Shown here piece after piece: positions 11,451 through 22,261 of a stretch of 64,000 bases of DNA. The position numbers and the translations under genes are program-made. The notes under the pieces were generated by a model. The model made no database searches. It had not been told where the DNA came from and saw only the letters and a program-made list of their open reading frames with translations. Position 1 is the first letter of the stretch. Each line of letters starts with the position of its first letter. Origin of the DNA: Acidobacteriota bacterium. Its GTDB lineage: Bacteria > Acidobacteriota > UBA6911. The stretch is taken from assembly GCA_963664705.1 (NCBI GenBank), contig OY761556.1, forward strand, positions 6,784,001 through 6,848,000. The letters are read 5' to 3'.

Positions 11451-13364
11451 GTGAGCTTCGTATATCGTGGTGTCTTCTTTTTGCTTTTTATCCTGTCGGG
11501 GGGTGCTGTCCGGGCTCAGAACCATACTCCTCTTGATCCCGAACTGCTGGCGGAGACACTTGCAGAGGATGACAGGAATACAGATTACGACCGGCGCGAG
11601 GAAATGATTCCGATGCGCGACGGCGTACATCTCTTCACGATCATCCTGATCCCACGAACAAATGACCCGATGCCGATCATGCTGACTCGGACGCCCTATG
11701 GAGCATCGAAACGCACGCCTCCCGAGAAGGGACCGCGATTGAAGGATGCGCTGCCGGTGGGAGACGATATGTTTGCGGAAGCCAACTACATCCGCGTTTT
11801 TCAGGATGTTCGAGGCAAGTACCGATCGGAAGGCCACTATCAGATGACCATGCCTTTGCAAGGTCCGCTGAACACATCCGGTGTCGATCACTCTACCGAT
11901 ACCTATGATACGATCGACTGGCTCGTCAAAAATGTACCCAAAAATAATGGCCGTGTTGGAATGATGGGTACCTCCTACGATGGTTTCCTGGTATTGATGG
12001 GACTCGTCAATCCGCACCCGGCGCTCAAAGCGGCCGTGCCCATCAATCCCATGGTCGATACCTGGATGGGGGACGACTGGTTTCACCATGGCGCCTTCCG
12101 GCAGATGATGATGGAGTTTATCTACAACCAGGACTTGCCGCACGATCCCGTTGCCATGGGCGAACGCGATGACGACTATGATTTCTATCTGAAGAGCGGA
12201 TCGGCAGGAGAAATCGGCCGGCGCAGGGGATTGGATCGTGTGAGTTTCTGGAATAGCCTGCTGGCGCATCCTGCGTACGATTCATTCTGGCAGCTTCAGG
12301 CGCTCGACCGGATTCTGGCGCGCCAACCTCTCAAAGTGCCGACTCTGTACATCCATGGATTGTGGGACCAGGAAGATATCTATGGAGCCGTTGCAGCCTA
12401 CGAAGCGACAGAACCCAAAGATCGCGCGAATGACATGAACTTTCTTGCCATTGGACCGTGGGCTCACGGAGGGTCCAACCTGGATGGAAGCTTTTTGGGC
12501 GCGTTCAGATTTGACGGGGATACCGCCCTGTACTTTCGTCGGCAGCACCTGTTGCCGTTTTTAAATGAACACCTTCGGGAGGGGGCGCCCAGGGCGAACA
12601 CGCCTCCGGTATTGGCCTATGAAACTGGGACCAATAGCTGGCACCGCTATGATGCATGGCCGCGCAGTTGCGAGTCGTCGTGCCCCAATCCAATGAAAAA
12701 GCTCTTCCTCAAGCCGGGGCTGAAACTCGGATATGACGCTTCCGCCCAGGGGGCTGCGTATGCGGAATATACTTCTGATCCGGCGCACCCGGTTTTGTAC
12801 AGTCCGCGTCCTATCAAGCCTGTGTATTCCGAAGGGTCCACCTGGGGCGGGTGGCTGGTTCAGGATCAACGGAACGTGTCCGATCGACGGGACGTCCTGA
12901 CCTATCAATCGGAGGTCCTGACCGAACCGGTTGCTGTGAGCGGTCAGCCGATTGCCAATCTGTTTGCCTCCACCAGTGGGACCGACTCCGATTTTGTGGT
13001 AAAGCTGATCGATGTGTATCCGGATAAGGATCCAGACCAGGAGTTGCGCGGATATGAGTTGATGGTATCGGCGGATATTTTTCGTGGCCGATATCGCAAT
13101 GACCCGGCCGTTCCTGCGCCGATTACTGCCGGGAAGGTGGAAAGCTATCGATGGAATCTTCCGGCTGTTTCCCACACCTTCCTTCCGGGCCATCGGATGA
13201 TGGTCCAGATCCAGTCAACCTGGTTTCCCCTGTATGATCGCAATCCACAGACCTTTGTGGATAATATTTTCTGGGCCAAGCCGGAAGACTATAAAAAGGC
13301 CACGCAGCGCATCTATCAGACCGGCGACCAGGCCAGTTTCATTGAGATGCCGGTAGTCAAATAG
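11451..13364 (+). CDS. CocE/NonD family hydrolase (alpha-amino acid ester hydrolase / glutaryl-7-ACA acylase-like)
   Basis: Motifs IPMRDGV, LTRTPY, QDVRGKYRSEG, GTSYDG nucleophile, GPWAHG, STWFPLYDRNPQ. Signal peptide; GTG start after GGGAGG. Confidence 0.92.
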   Translation: MSFVYRGVFFLLFILSGGAVRAQNHTPLDPELLAETLAEDDRNTDYDRREEMIPMRDGVHLFTIILIPRTNDPMPIMLTRTPYGASKRTPPEKGPRLKDALPVGDDMFAEANYIRVFQDVRGKYRSEGHYQMTMPLQGPLNTSGVDHSTDTYDTIDWLVKNVPKNNGRVGMMGTSYDGFLVLMGLVNPHPALKAAVPINPMVDTWMGDDWFHHGAFRQMMMEFIYNQDLPHDPVAMGERDDDYDFYLKSGSAGEIGRRRGLDRVSFWNSLLAHPAYDSFWQLQALDRILARQPLKVPTLYIHGLWDQEDIYGAVAAYEATEPKDRANDMNFLAIGPWAHGGSNLDGSFLGAFRFDGDTALYFRRQHLLPFLNEHLREGAPRANTPPVLAYETGTNSWHRYDAWPRSCESSCPNPMKKLFLKPGLKLGYDASAQGAAYAEYTSDPAHPVLYSPRPIKPVYSEGSTWGGWLVQDQRNVSDRRDVLTYQSEVLTEPVAVSGQPIANLFASTSGTDSDFVVKLIDVYPDKDPDQELRGYELMVSADIFRGRYRNDPAVPAPITAGKVESYRWNLPAVSHTFLPGHRMMVQIQSTWFPLYDRNPQTFVDNIFWAKPEDYKKATQRIYQTGDQASFIEMPVVK

Positions 13365-13395
13365 AACCTGATTTGACCGGGCGAGCCATTCTCTC

Positions 13396-13483
13396 GCCCC
13401 TGCCGAGGCTCCATCTTTCCTGATCTTATTCCAGGAGTTCGCTGCGCTCTTCCCTGGCTATTTTCTGGCGCGCCTTAGGCGCT
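13396..13483. repeat. REP-like palindromic unit
   Basis: CCAGGAGTTCGCTGCGCTCTTCCCTGGCTA hairpin of the same family as those near 23.1, 31.6 and 53.8 kb; lies between convergent genes. Confidence 0.65.
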
Positions 13484-13518
13484 TTGCTGGCTGCTGAGGA
13501 TTCCGGACTCCAGATAGG

Positions 13519-14700
13519 CTAATTGGGGATCAGGACCGCTTCCTTCGCTTCCACCTTCAGGGGCACGTTGCCTGAGAGGGACTGAACTTTTTGCATCAGT
13601 TTGGCCCCTTCTCCGGATCCGGGATCCAGCAACTGAACGTCATTTTGATTGTCGCGCGTGAGCGGTACCAGGGATACACGAACGACTTTTTTCCTGTCCA
13701 CAACCACATGAGCGGCCAGGCCCTCTTTATTGGGGGTCATCCTTATCCAATCCATGGCAAAGTTGCCCAGGCAGTACATAACGGGCTTGCCCTTATAGAC
13801 CTCAATGCCCTGCAAGACATGCGACCCATGTCCGTACACAATGTCCGCCCCGGCATCGATGGCCTCATGCGCCAGGGTCTTCTGGTAGGCTTCGGTCTGC
13901 GAAAACTGAGGGCCCAGCGGAATAGGCGAGTACAGTGACGCGGCATCCGTGCTTCCTTCTTTGGCGGCGGTCTTCGGTCTTGTTTCCGCGGCAATTTCCG
14001 GAGGAAGTGCGCGGCCCATGCCGTCGCGGTTGTGATTGGAGACAACCAGGATATCGACCAGCGGTCGAAGCCGGCGAATATCCTCCCGCATCCGGTCCAA
14101 ATCCGATTTGTCGATGGTCGTTCCGTCCAGGGACAGCACGCGGGCAATGCCAGGCCGTGTTGCCGTAGCGATCTGCTGATCCTGGGCATACCATTTCGCG
14201 CTGTACTGGAGGAATCCGACTTTGACTCCCCTGGCTTCGAGAATAGCGGGTTTGTGCGCCTGATCAAGGTTTGCGCCGGCACCTGTATGGGCAATGCCGT
14301 TGGCATCGAGCAGCGCGATGTTCTTCATGATCGCTTCCGGCCCATAGGCAACATTGTTGGCGAGGCCGACTCCTCGGATGTTGCCGCTTTTCAACGCCTG
14401 TACCGCCTCGGGACCGATATGGATCCAACCGGTTTTGTCCGGGATATCTTTGTCCGGCCCTTCCGATTTCACCATCAATCCTTCCAGGTTTCCATATACG
14501 AGATCCGCGTCCCGGAGAGTTGCCTGAACATAGCGGAACGCTTCGGAGGGATTGGCTCGCTTCTCAATATTGATGTCACCCAACAGAAGCATGGTAACGG
14601 GGTTTTTCAAACCGGTGGTCTTCCAGGGCCAGGATTTATCTTCGGCGTAAAGCCCGCACAGAATGCATGATAGCAATAGTACCAGCGCTAATCTTTTCAT
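13519..14700 (-). CDS. CapA/PGA_cap family metallophosphoesterase-fold protein
   Basis: Motifs LLGDIN, GNLEG, LANN, AIDAGADIVYGHGSHVLQGIEVYKGKPVMYCLGNF. Signal peptide MKRLALV. Confidence 0.88.
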   Translation of the reverse strand: MKRLALVLLLSCILCGLYAEDKSWPWKTTGLKNPVTMLLLGDINIEKRANPSEAFRYVQATLRDADLVYGNLEGLMVKSEGPDKDIPDKTGWIHIGPEAVQALKSGNIRGVGLANNVAYGPEAIMKNIALLDANGIAHTGAGANLDQAHKPAILEARGVKVGFLQYSAKWYAQDQQIATATRPGIARVLSLDGTTIDKSDLDRMREDIRRLRPLVDILVVSNHNRDGMGRALPPEIAAETRPKTAAKEGSTDAASLYSPIPLGPQFSQTEAYQKTLAHEAIDAGADIVYGHGSHVLQGIEVYKGKPVMYCLGNFAMDWIRMTPNKEGLAAHVVVDRKKVVRVSLVPLTRDNQNDVQLLDPGSGEGAKLMQKVQSLSGNVPLKVEAKEAVLIPN

Positions 14701-14951
14701 CCAGCCTCCCGTCCGCCGGAATGGCGGATATGTATGCAACCGATGCTTTGCAGGTTGGCTATACTATGAACTCCGTTTGGTTTACATGCAAGATCGCCAT
14801 TGCAGGCTTTGGCCCTTCGACCGTCTGCTTGAAACCTGCAGGCCATCCTTTACGTATTGCTTGAAGAATTTTGGATTGCGTGAAATATTCCAAGCCATGC
14901 GGACAATCCGTAGCGGCTTCCAATTCACGATTCCCAGCGGAGGGATAAACA

Positions 14952-15791
14952 ATGGAAGTATTCAATGAAGGTGGCAAGCGTATCCAGGTGAGTTCCGGGT
15001 CGATTTTTCGAGGTTTCGGATTTTTTGTGGCTTTGATCGTTATCGTTATTCTTGTCTTTTCCTCCATAGCGAAAGTGCCCTCCGGCCACGTTGGCGTGCT
15101 CACGCTTTTTGGGCGAGTGACGGGCGAGGTACTGTCCGAAGGGATTCACCTGGTCAATCCCTTCAAGTCGAATAACGAAATGACAATCCGTACCCAGGAA
15201 ATCAAAGAATCAGCCAGCGTACCTTCGAGCGAAGGTCTGGTGATGAATCTGGATACTTCCCTGATTTTCCACCTGAATTCCGAGAGAGCTGCGGAAGTCT
15301 TTCAGAAGATAGGGCCGAATTACGCCGAAGTTCTTATTGAGCCGAATCTGCGTGCGGCGATTCGCGAGGCCACGGCCGCGCACACAGCCAACGCCCTGTA
15401 TACCGGCGAACGGGAAATGGTTGCGAAACAGATTCACACTCTCTTGTCCACTCTCCTGAGCCGTCGCGGCTTTATAATTGAAAGCATTCTATTGCGGGAT
15501 ATTCAGCTTCCGTCAACGCTCAAGGCTTCGATTGAAGCCAAGCAGCAGGCGGAGCAGGAAGCGCTTGCCATGAGCTTCCGTTTGCAGAAGGAAAAGCAGG
15601 AGGCCGAACGCAAGCGCATCGAGGCGCAGGGGATTCGTGACTTCCAGCAGATTGTTGCCCAGGGAATCAGCACGCAGTTGCTGGAATGGAAAGGAATCGA
15701 GGCAACCGAGAATCTCGCGAAGAGTCCCAATGCCAAGGTCGTTGTTATCGGGAACAACAAAAACGGCCTTCCGCTGATCCTCGGTCAGTAA
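14952..15791 (+). CDS. SPFH/prohibitin (band 7) family protein
   Basis: N-terminal TM, VPSGHVGV, EGIHLVNPF, coiled coil AIEAKQQAEQEA...EAERKRIEAQG. Confidence 0.92.
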   Translation: MEVFNEGGKRIQVSSGSIFRGFGFFVALIVIVILVFSSIAKVPSGHVGVLTLFGRVTGEVLSEGIHLVNPFKSNNEMTIRTQEIKESASVPSSEGLVMNLDTSLIFHLNSERAAEVFQKIGPNYAEVLIEPNLRAAIREATAAHTANALYTGEREMVAKQIHTLLSTLLSRRGFIIESILLRDIQLPSTLKASIEAKQQAEQEALAMSFRLQKEKQEAERKRIEAQGIRDFQQIVAQGISTQLLEWKGIEATENLAKSPNAKVVVIGNNKNGLPLILGQ

Positions 15792-15806
15792 TTTCAGATT
15801 TGTACA

Positions 15807-15851
15807 AACTCATGAAATTCGCGACGCTTTTTGCCGCGAATTTCATGAGTT
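15807..15851. terminator. Probable bidirectional terminator hairpin
   Basis: AACTCATGAAATTCGCG ... CGCGAATTTCATGAGTT perfect 17-bp stem between convergent genes. Confidence 0.75.
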
Positions 15852-15862
15852 AAGCAAAGCAT

Positions 15863-18637
15863 CTACTCCTGCACCTGCCGGATTTCGTATCCGAGCTTTT
15901 TTATCTCCGGCTCAATCTTCGCTTTGTCCCCGACAACAATAATGACCATGGCCTGTGGAGCCAGGTGGGTTTCGGCCGCTCGCTGAACTGCCGTTCCGTC
16001 CACTGACTGGAGCTTGGAGGGCAACGTGCTGTAGTAATCCAGCGGGAATCCATATATAAACAGATCCGCGAGCGATCCGGCACTCTGCTGTGCGGTTTCA
16101 AACATGGAAATCAGAGATCGCTCACGCGTCTCCTTTGCCATGCGGAGCTCTTCAGCGGTTGGAAGGGATGTGCGCATCTTTTCGACTTCACCGAGAGCTT
16201 CCTTGATGGACGCAGCGGTAGCATCCGTGCGGACCATGGAGGTAATCGCAAAAGGACCATACCCGCGCCGGTAGCTGAACCGGGAACGAGCCCCGTAGGT
16301 GAAACCATGCACCTCACGCAAATTGAGATTGATGCGCGAAGAGAACAGTCCGCCCAGAATTTCGTTCATAACCGATACGGGAACATAGTCCGGATTGCTT
16401 CTTTCTATCCCCATCTGTCCGATGCGCAGCGCGCTCTGAGGGGCGCCGGGCCTGTCGATGATGAAGACCTGGCGGGTCAGATTCGATTTGGCTTTGGGCG
16501 ATTCCACCTTTTTCCCGCTTGCCTTCCAATTGCCAAAATATTTTTCAGCCATCGTTCGCAGTTGAGATTCCGTGATGTTTCCCGCAACGACGAGAACTGA
16601 GTTTTGCGGGCCGAATCCGTCATAAAAATTGACCAGATCCTCCCGTTTTATGTCCTTGATGGATGCTTCCGTACCGGTGTCCAGGAATCCATATGGGCTC
16701 TTGCTGCCGTAGACCTCCCGGAGAAACACCTTCGCGGCTACGGTAGAGGGATCGTCCGCTTCCTGCATCAGAGACACAAGGCGGAGCTGCCGGACCCGCT
16801 GGACTTCGCCGTCTCTGAAGGCAGGATGCAGCAGGGCATCGGAAACGAGATCGAACATCTTTTCGGATGTCCACGACAGGCCGGTCGCGTTGATATAGAC
16901 GCTGTCCGGTGAAGAGTCCGAACTCACGCTGGCGCCGATCTGCGCGATGTCGTCCGCCATCTGCAAGGCACCGCGCTTCTCCGTGCCTTCGGTCAGCATG
17001 GAAGCGGCAAAGGACGCAAGGCCTGGTTTGTCGGCAGGATTGGCTTCACTGCCGCGCAGGACCGCCAGCCGGGCGGTCAGAACCGGAAGATTGCTTTGCT
17101 GCAAAAGCATGACCGTCAGACCATTTGCCAGTTTGAATTCTGTGGGAACCGGCAGTTTGGGTTGTTTCTCCACAGCGGGCTTGGGCGGGTTTGCGCGCCA
17201 CTCGTCATTGCCGGGTCCGCCGGGCATTGCCTGGGATGTGGCCGTCCCTCTGCTGCGTTTCGGGACATCCTGGATGACTTTTTCCCCAGGGACTCCATAG
17301 ATTACCACGCGGGAATTGGGGGTCAGCGTCTCGGCAAATTTCTGCACTCCAACAGGAGTAACATCGTCATACCGTTTGAGGTCCTTGGGGAGATATCCCG
17401 GATCTCCAAGATAATGGTTGTATTGATTCAACAGATCCGCCACGCCGCCGAATCCGCCCAATCTCTGGAGGCCGAGAATCATCCGCGCCTGGATGGTATT
17501 GCGGGCGCGCTCCATTTCAGCGGAGCTGGGGGGTGCTTTCTGGGCGGCAGCCAGTTCTTCGTTGATCGCCTTTTCGAGGTCTTCAAGCTTTACGCCCGGC
17601 TTGGCCGTGACAACGATGGAGAACATGGACCCAAGCATTTGCGATTGCTGGTTGACAGAAACGTCCTGCGCAATCTGCTTCTCATAAACCAGTTTCTTAT
17701 ACAGCCGGCTGGACTCTCCTCCTCCGAGTATCCGGGCGAGAATATCCGCGTCCGCATCCCCCGCCGTATAGAACTTTGGGGAGTGCCAGGCCATCATCAG
17801 CCTCGGCAAAGTGATCTTGTCGGTTGTTGTAACGCGTATTTCCTTGGTGATCGTCGGAACCGCGATGCTGACTTTTTCAGGAGCCGGTCCAGCAGGGATC
17901 GGCCCGAAGTACTTTTCCACAAGCCCCTTGATCGTTTTCGGATCGTAATCACCAACAATGGCGATAGTGGCGTTATTCGGCGCATAGTACATTTTGAAAA
18001 AGTCGCGCACATCGTTGAGTTCGGCTGCCTCAATATCCGCGTGCGACCCGATCACGGCTCCATAATAAGGATGCGGCTTCGGGAACATCTGATGCCATAG
18101 CTCTTCCTCGACGAGGCTGTACGGCTCGCTCTCCCCCTGTCGCCTTTCATTTCGTACTACATCGCGCTGATTCTCCAGCTTCTTTTCATCCAATTTGTCC
18201 AGCAGCCACCCCATGCGGTCGGACTCGAGCCACAAGGCCAGTTCCAGTTGATTGGACGGCATGGTTTCAAAATAGTTGGTGCGATCAAAATCGGTTGAAC
18301 CGTTGATCAGCGTTGCCCCAGCGGATTCCAGTACCTGGAAGGGCCTGTCCCCCGCATGCTTGGATCCTTGAAACATCATGTGCTCAAACAAATGAGCGAA
18401 TCCCGTGCGTCCGGGCTTTTCGTAAGCGGGACCCACGTGATACCAAAGGTCGACAGCCACCAGAGGTAAACGATGATCTTCACTCAGGATCACTTCGAGT
18501 CCGTTGCCAAGTTTGAATTTTTCATATTTTATGGCTGGGAACTGCTGCCTTGTCTGGGCAAATCCCGGCACAAGGAATGCAAATATCATCAATAATGTCA
18601 GGACGAAAATTCCACGTATACGCAAGTCTGATCTCAT
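15863..18637 (-). CDS. M16 family zinc protease (fused two-half, PqqL-like)
   Basis: Inverted zinc motif HLFEH; NGSTDFDRTNYF; second half LGGLFSSRINLNLRE. Signal peptide. Confidence 0.93.
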   Translation of the reverse strand: MRSDLRIRGIFVLTLLMIFAFLVPGFAQTRQQFPAIKYEKFKLGNGLEVILSEDHRLPLVAVDLWYHVGPAYEKPGRTGFAHLFEHMMFQGSKHAGDRPFQVLESAGATLINGSTDFDRTNYFETMPSNQLELALWLESDRMGWLLDKLDEKKLENQRDVVRNERRQGESEPYSLVEEELWHQMFPKPHPYYGAVIGSHADIEAAELNDVRDFFKMYYAPNNATIAIVGDYDPKTIKGLVEKYFGPIPAGPAPEKVSIAVPTITKEIRVTTTDKITLPRLMMAWHSPKFYTAGDADADILARILGGGESSRLYKKLVYEKQIAQDVSVNQQSQMLGSMFSIVVTAKPGVKLEDLEKAINEELAAAQKAPPSSAEMERARNTIQARMILGLQRLGGFGGVADLLNQYNHYLGDPGYLPKDLKRYDDVTPVGVQKFAETLTPNSRVVIYGVPGEKVIQDVPKRSRGTATSQAMPGGPGNDEWRANPPKPAVEKQPKLPVPTEFKLANGLTVMLLQQSNLPVLTARLAVLRGSEANPADKPGLASFAASMLTEGTEKRGALQMADDIAQIGASVSSDSSPDSVYINATGLSWTSEKMFDLVSDALLHPAFRDGEVQRVRQLRLVSLMQEADDPSTVAAKVFLREVYGSKSPYGFLDTGTEASIKDIKREDLVNFYDGFGPQNSVLVVAGNITESQLRTMAEKYFGNWKASGKKVESPKAKSNLTRQVFIIDRPGAPQSALRIGQMGIERSNPDYVPVSVMNEILGGLFSSRINLNLREVHGFTYGARSRFSYRRGYGPFAITSMVRTDATAASIKEALGEVEKMRTSLPTAEELRMAKETRERSLISMFETAQQSAGSLADLFIYGFPLDYYSTLPSKLQSVDGTAVQRAAETHLAPQAMVIIVVGDKAKIEPEIKKLGYEIRQVQE

Positions 18638-18725
18638 ACTATAGTCTCCTCAGCTGTAGTAAGTTTGCTATCAAAGCGACAAAAAAGCTATGGCGGATTG
18701 GACTTTGAATACAAGGGAGGGTGCG

Positions 18726-19046
18726 ATGAGGAAAACGGTTGTGACATGTGTTGTGATCTGCCTGCTGGCGGGCTTATCCGTGAGCGCCTGGGCGGATGGT
18801 GCCAAGAATCTATCTACAAAAAACACGACTCCGGCGGCGGTTGCCAAACCTGCAGAGTTGATGGATATCAATTCCGCTTCAAAAGATGACCTGCAGAAGC
18901 TGCCGGGCATCGGGGCTGCTTATTCGCAAAAGATCATCACCGGACGGCCCTACGCAAGAAAAGATGAGCTGGTATCGAAGCAGATCATCCCGCAGGCGAC
19001 TTACGACAAGATCAAAGAATTGATTATTGCCAAACAGAAGAAGTAG
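18726..19046 (+). CDS. ComEA-like helix-hairpin-helix DNA-binding protein
   Basis: Signal peptide; [34 protein letters not shown]. Confidence 0.88.
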   Translation: MRKTVVTCVVICLLAGLSVSAWADGAKNLSTKNTTPAAVAKPAELMDINSASKDDLQKLPGIGAAYSQKIITGRPYARKDELVSKQIIPQATYDKIKELIIAKQKK

Positions 19047-19121
19047 AGGCGTTGAGTGCCATTCGGAAAATTCGCGGCCAAAAAGTCATGGCGTTTCGCG
19101 AATGGCACTCAATGGGATCCT

Positions 19122-20159
19122 CTATCGTGACAGGCTGGCAAGCAGAGGCGCCGGGTTGTTTTGAAGGAATGTCCGGTAGCTCTCATCGGCTGCCTTCTGT
19201 TTGCCGCAGCTTCTCAGCGCAATCGAGAGATAAAGATCCCGGTTTGGGAAACGGTTTGGGGGTGTTTTCTTCAGATGCTGCAGCGCATCCTTGCTTTCCC
19301 CTTTCCGCAGTTCCATGGTGCCGAGGATGTAGTTGCCCAGGTTTGATTCATAGCCGTGCGCATAGGCTTTAGTCAGAATTGTGTAGCTTTCCTCATAATG
19401 CAGCTGCATCCACTTTGCCAACCCCAGGTTCCCAAGTATTTCGAATTTGTAGGGAGCTTCGTCCGATGCCTTCTGGAACCAGGAGACGGCTTCGTCCACA
19501 TCCTTTTTGTGGAGGGCGATAATCCCAAGGTTGTTCGCAACCGACGGATCCGATGGTGTGATTTGCATTGCTTCTACCAGGAGTTTTTCAGCGCTTTCGT
19601 AGTCTCTTCCCGCCAGGGCTCGGTTTGCCTGCTGTTGTAATTGCGCCGATTGCTTCTGCACGTCAAACGCCAGTTCCGAGGCATTTACCGTTACCCCCGG
19701 AGTCCGGTTGGCAAGGTTGCCGCTTTTATCCATCCGGATTTCCAGCCGAGAGTTTATATCCGGCAACAGATTCACCCTCCTCGTCTTGTATCCGGTGGCC
19801 CGCACCGTGATAACGGGCAGAATATTGCGTCCAAGGTCGTGGCACGGGATCGCCGCTGATCCCAGCGAATCTGTAGTAAGCTCAAGATCCTGGTTCTCGG
19901 TAGTGATACCGGCTCCCATAATGGCTATGCCCGCGATATCCGTAACTGTTAGCCTGACGTCCCGGCAAGGATTTCCAGGTACGCTGCTGAATTGCGAACG
20001 GTCCGGTGGAGAGTCCCATTGCGCAACCAATGGAGTCCCGGCGAATATCAGCCACACCAGTCCCAAAGTGAATTTCCCGTATCGTGACACTGACAGCCTC
20101 CTTCCTACATTAGGCCGAATTGTGCAGGGGAGGGGAATGCTTGCCTGAATGAGTCCCAA
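19122..20159 (-). CDS. Tetratricopeptide repeat protein with N-terminal carboxypeptidase-regulatory-like beta domain (start uncertain)
   Basis: Signal-like hydrophobic stretch, TTDSLG...ITVRATGY, then TPR-type helices (VANNLGII, ILGNLGLA). Confidence 0.7.
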   Translation of the reverse strand: MGLIQASIPLPCTIRPNVGRRLSVSRYGKFTLGLVWLIFAGTPLVAQWDSPPDRSQFSSVPGNPCRDVRLTVTDIAGIAIMGAGITTENQDLELTTDSLGSAAIPCHDLGRNILPVITVRATGYKTRRVNLLPDINSRLEIRMDKSGNLANRTPGVTVNASELAFDVQKQSAQLQQQANRALAGRDYESAEKLLVEAMQITPSDPSVANNLGIIALHKKDVDEAVSWFQKASDEAPYKFEILGNLGLAKWMQLHYEESYTILTKAYAHGYESNLGNYILGTMELRKGESKDALQHLKKTPPNRFPNRDLYLSIALRSCGKQKAADESYRTFLQNNPAPLLASLSR

Positions 20160-20518
20160 ACTTCAAATGGGGCCAGTCGCCAAAGTGAGTTATTACCGGC
20201 TCAGGGATGCCGGCGGCGATTTGACTAGAAGGTGTGCAATTTGCGGACCATCATGGAGTGAAGTATCATAACTCTTGTATGTATATGAAAATAATTGATA
20301 ACTGGCTACGGCAATTCCATGGTCGTTGCAGAGAATCGGCCGACAGACTCGGGAATCGGGAATTATTTCCTCGATCCCGAGAGCTTCAGGATTTCAGATT
20401 TCAAATATCCGACTCCAGTTTGGCCGAGGTCGCAGCAGTGGCCTGGTGCATGGGCAGAGAGACTTTTGGGGTGTAAGATTATTTTCTTGAATGAGCCCAA
20501 GGCTCACAGGGAGGTGCA

Positions 20519-21484
20519 ATGTCCTATCTCAAAGATCCACTCACATGGTTATACCCGCCGATCGATTGCCGCCGGGCGGGACGTCTCAAGGTCAGCGGCA
20601 TTCACGAGATCTATTATGAGGAGAGCGGGAACCCGAAAGGAAAGCCGGCTGTATTCCTGCATGGTGGCCCCGGTGGCGGGTCGGATCCCAAGCAGCGGCG
20701 ATTTTTCAACCCCGACAAATACCGGATCATTCTCTTTGACCAGCGTGGCTGTGGGCAGAGCACTCCCTATGCCAGCCTGGATGAAAACACCACCTGGGAT
20801 CTCGTGGCCGATACTGAAAAGCTGCGGGTGCATCTTGGCATTGAAAAATGGCAGGTTTTTGGCGGGAGTTGGGGCTCCACGCTGGCGCTGGCCTATGCCG
20901 AGAAGCACCCCGAGCGAGTCACGGAACTCGTGCTGCGCGGTATTTTCCTTCTTCGAAAGCAGGAGATAGACTGGTTCTATCAGCGCGGAGCTTCGATCCT
21001 GTATCCGGACGCCTGGGAGTCCTATGTCGGTCACATTCCCGAAGAGGAGAGATCCGATCTTCTGGCAGCCTACCATCGGCGCCTAACCAGTCCGGATGCC
21101 GAGGTGCGTCTCGCAGCGGCCAGAATCTGGAGCGGCTGGGAAGGGAGAACCTCCAAGCTCATTCCTGAAGAGGATTTTGTCGGCCATTTCGAGGCAGACG
21201 AGTTTGCACTCGCTTTTGCCCGGATAGAGGCTCATTATTTCGCGAACCGCGGATTTTTTGATACGGATGACCAGCTTCTTCGGGACGCTTCGCGCATCCG
21301 GCATATCCCCGGGGTTATCGTGCAGGGACGCTATGATGTCGTCTGTCCGATGGAAAGCGCGTGGGCGCTGCACCGCGCCTGGCCTGAAGCGGATATGATT
21401 ATTACGCCGGACAGCGGGCATAGCGCCTTTGAACCGCCGAACAGCCGTGCCCTCGTGGCAGCGACGGATAAGTTCGCGGGATAG
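20519..21484 (+). CDS. pip: Proline iminopeptidase
   Basis: Motifs FLHGGPGGG, FDQRGCG, FGGSWGSTL, LRGIF, QGRYDVVCP, GHSA. Confidence 0.95.
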   Translation: MSYLKDPLTWLYPPIDCRRAGRLKVSGIHEIYYEESGNPKGKPAVFLHGGPGGGSDPKQRRFFNPDKYRIILFDQRGCGQSTPYASLDENTTWDLVADTEKLRVHLGIEKWQVFGGSWGSTLALAYAEKHPERVTELVLRGIFLLRKQEIDWFYQRGASILYPDAWESYVGHIPEEERSDLLAAYHRRLTSPDAEVRLAAARIWSGWEGRTSKLIPEEDFVGHFEADEFALAFARIEAHYFANRGFFDTDDQLLRDASRIRHIPGVIVQGRYDVVCPMESAWALHRAWPEADMIITPDSGHSAFEPPNSRALVAATDKFAG

Positions 21485-21544
21485 TCCTGCCGGCGTGCGG
21501 CAAAGGACCAATACAGATCAGTCATCTGCTTGAGCGGAGATTTC

Positions 21545-22171
21545 ATGGGGGATAGACCGCATCGGATACTGGAGTGGGCTCGCGAAGTTCAGGCTTTGGC
21601 GCAAACGGGAAACCACTATGCCATGGATGATTTTCAGCGCGATCGATGCCGCAGGCTGATGGAAATCGCGGCAGAGATGATCAGCGGGCAATCGGACATT
21701 GACTATCTGCCGCTCGCTGGCGCATTCAAAGCGCAGATCGGATATGCGACGCCCAAAATAGACGTTCGGGCTGCAGTTTTTCGCGGAGCCGATCTTCTGC
21801 TGGTCCGTGAAAGGCTTGATGGTGGCTGGACGATGCCGGGCGGCTGGGCGGATGTAGGGGACACTCCGTCAAAAGCCGCAGAGCGGGAGGTTTGGGAAGA
21901 GGCCGGATTCCATGTCCGGGCGCGCAAGGTCATCGGTGTCTATGATGCCAACCGGGTGAACCCACTGGAAGTCTTCCACGCCTTCAAGATTGTCTTTTTA
22001 TGCGACCTCATCGATGGGGAACCGACAACCAGCGCGGAAACTTCGGAGGTGGAGTTCTTTGCGGAGCATGCCATCCCCCGCAATTTCTCAGGGGAGCGTA
22101 CAACGGCGCGCCACATCCGCGATGTATTTGCCGCTTTGCGAAACCCTGAGGGTCCCACCGTTTTCGACTAG
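21545..22171 (+). CDS. NUDIX hydrolase with N-terminal helical domain (ADP-ribose pyrophosphatase-like)
   Basis: QALAQTG, GYATPKIDVR, Nudix box GGWADVGDTPSKAAEREVWEEAG. Confidence 0.9.
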   Translation: MGDRPHRILEWAREVQALAQTGNHYAMDDFQRDRCRRLMEIAAEMISGQSDIDYLPLAGAFKAQIGYATPKIDVRAAVFRGADLLLVRERLDGGWTMPGGWADVGDTPSKAAEREVWEEAGFHVRARKVIGVYDANRVNPLEVFHAFKIVFLCDLIDGEPTTSAETSEVEFFAEHAIPRNFSGERTTARHIRDVFAALRNPEGPTVFD

Positions 22172-22261
22172 GAAATTTCGGGGGTGACGCGGTTCTTCGC
22201 ACGCCGCTGGAGCGAATGCCCGGCGGCGCTCCCTGCATTTCTATTTTCAGGAATAGTTCAA

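Noticed and set aside
17096-18100. 334-aa plus-strand ORF (also 24012-25004 and 57729-58685)
   Set aside because: Antisense shadows of the M16 protease, M2 peptidase and amidase genes.
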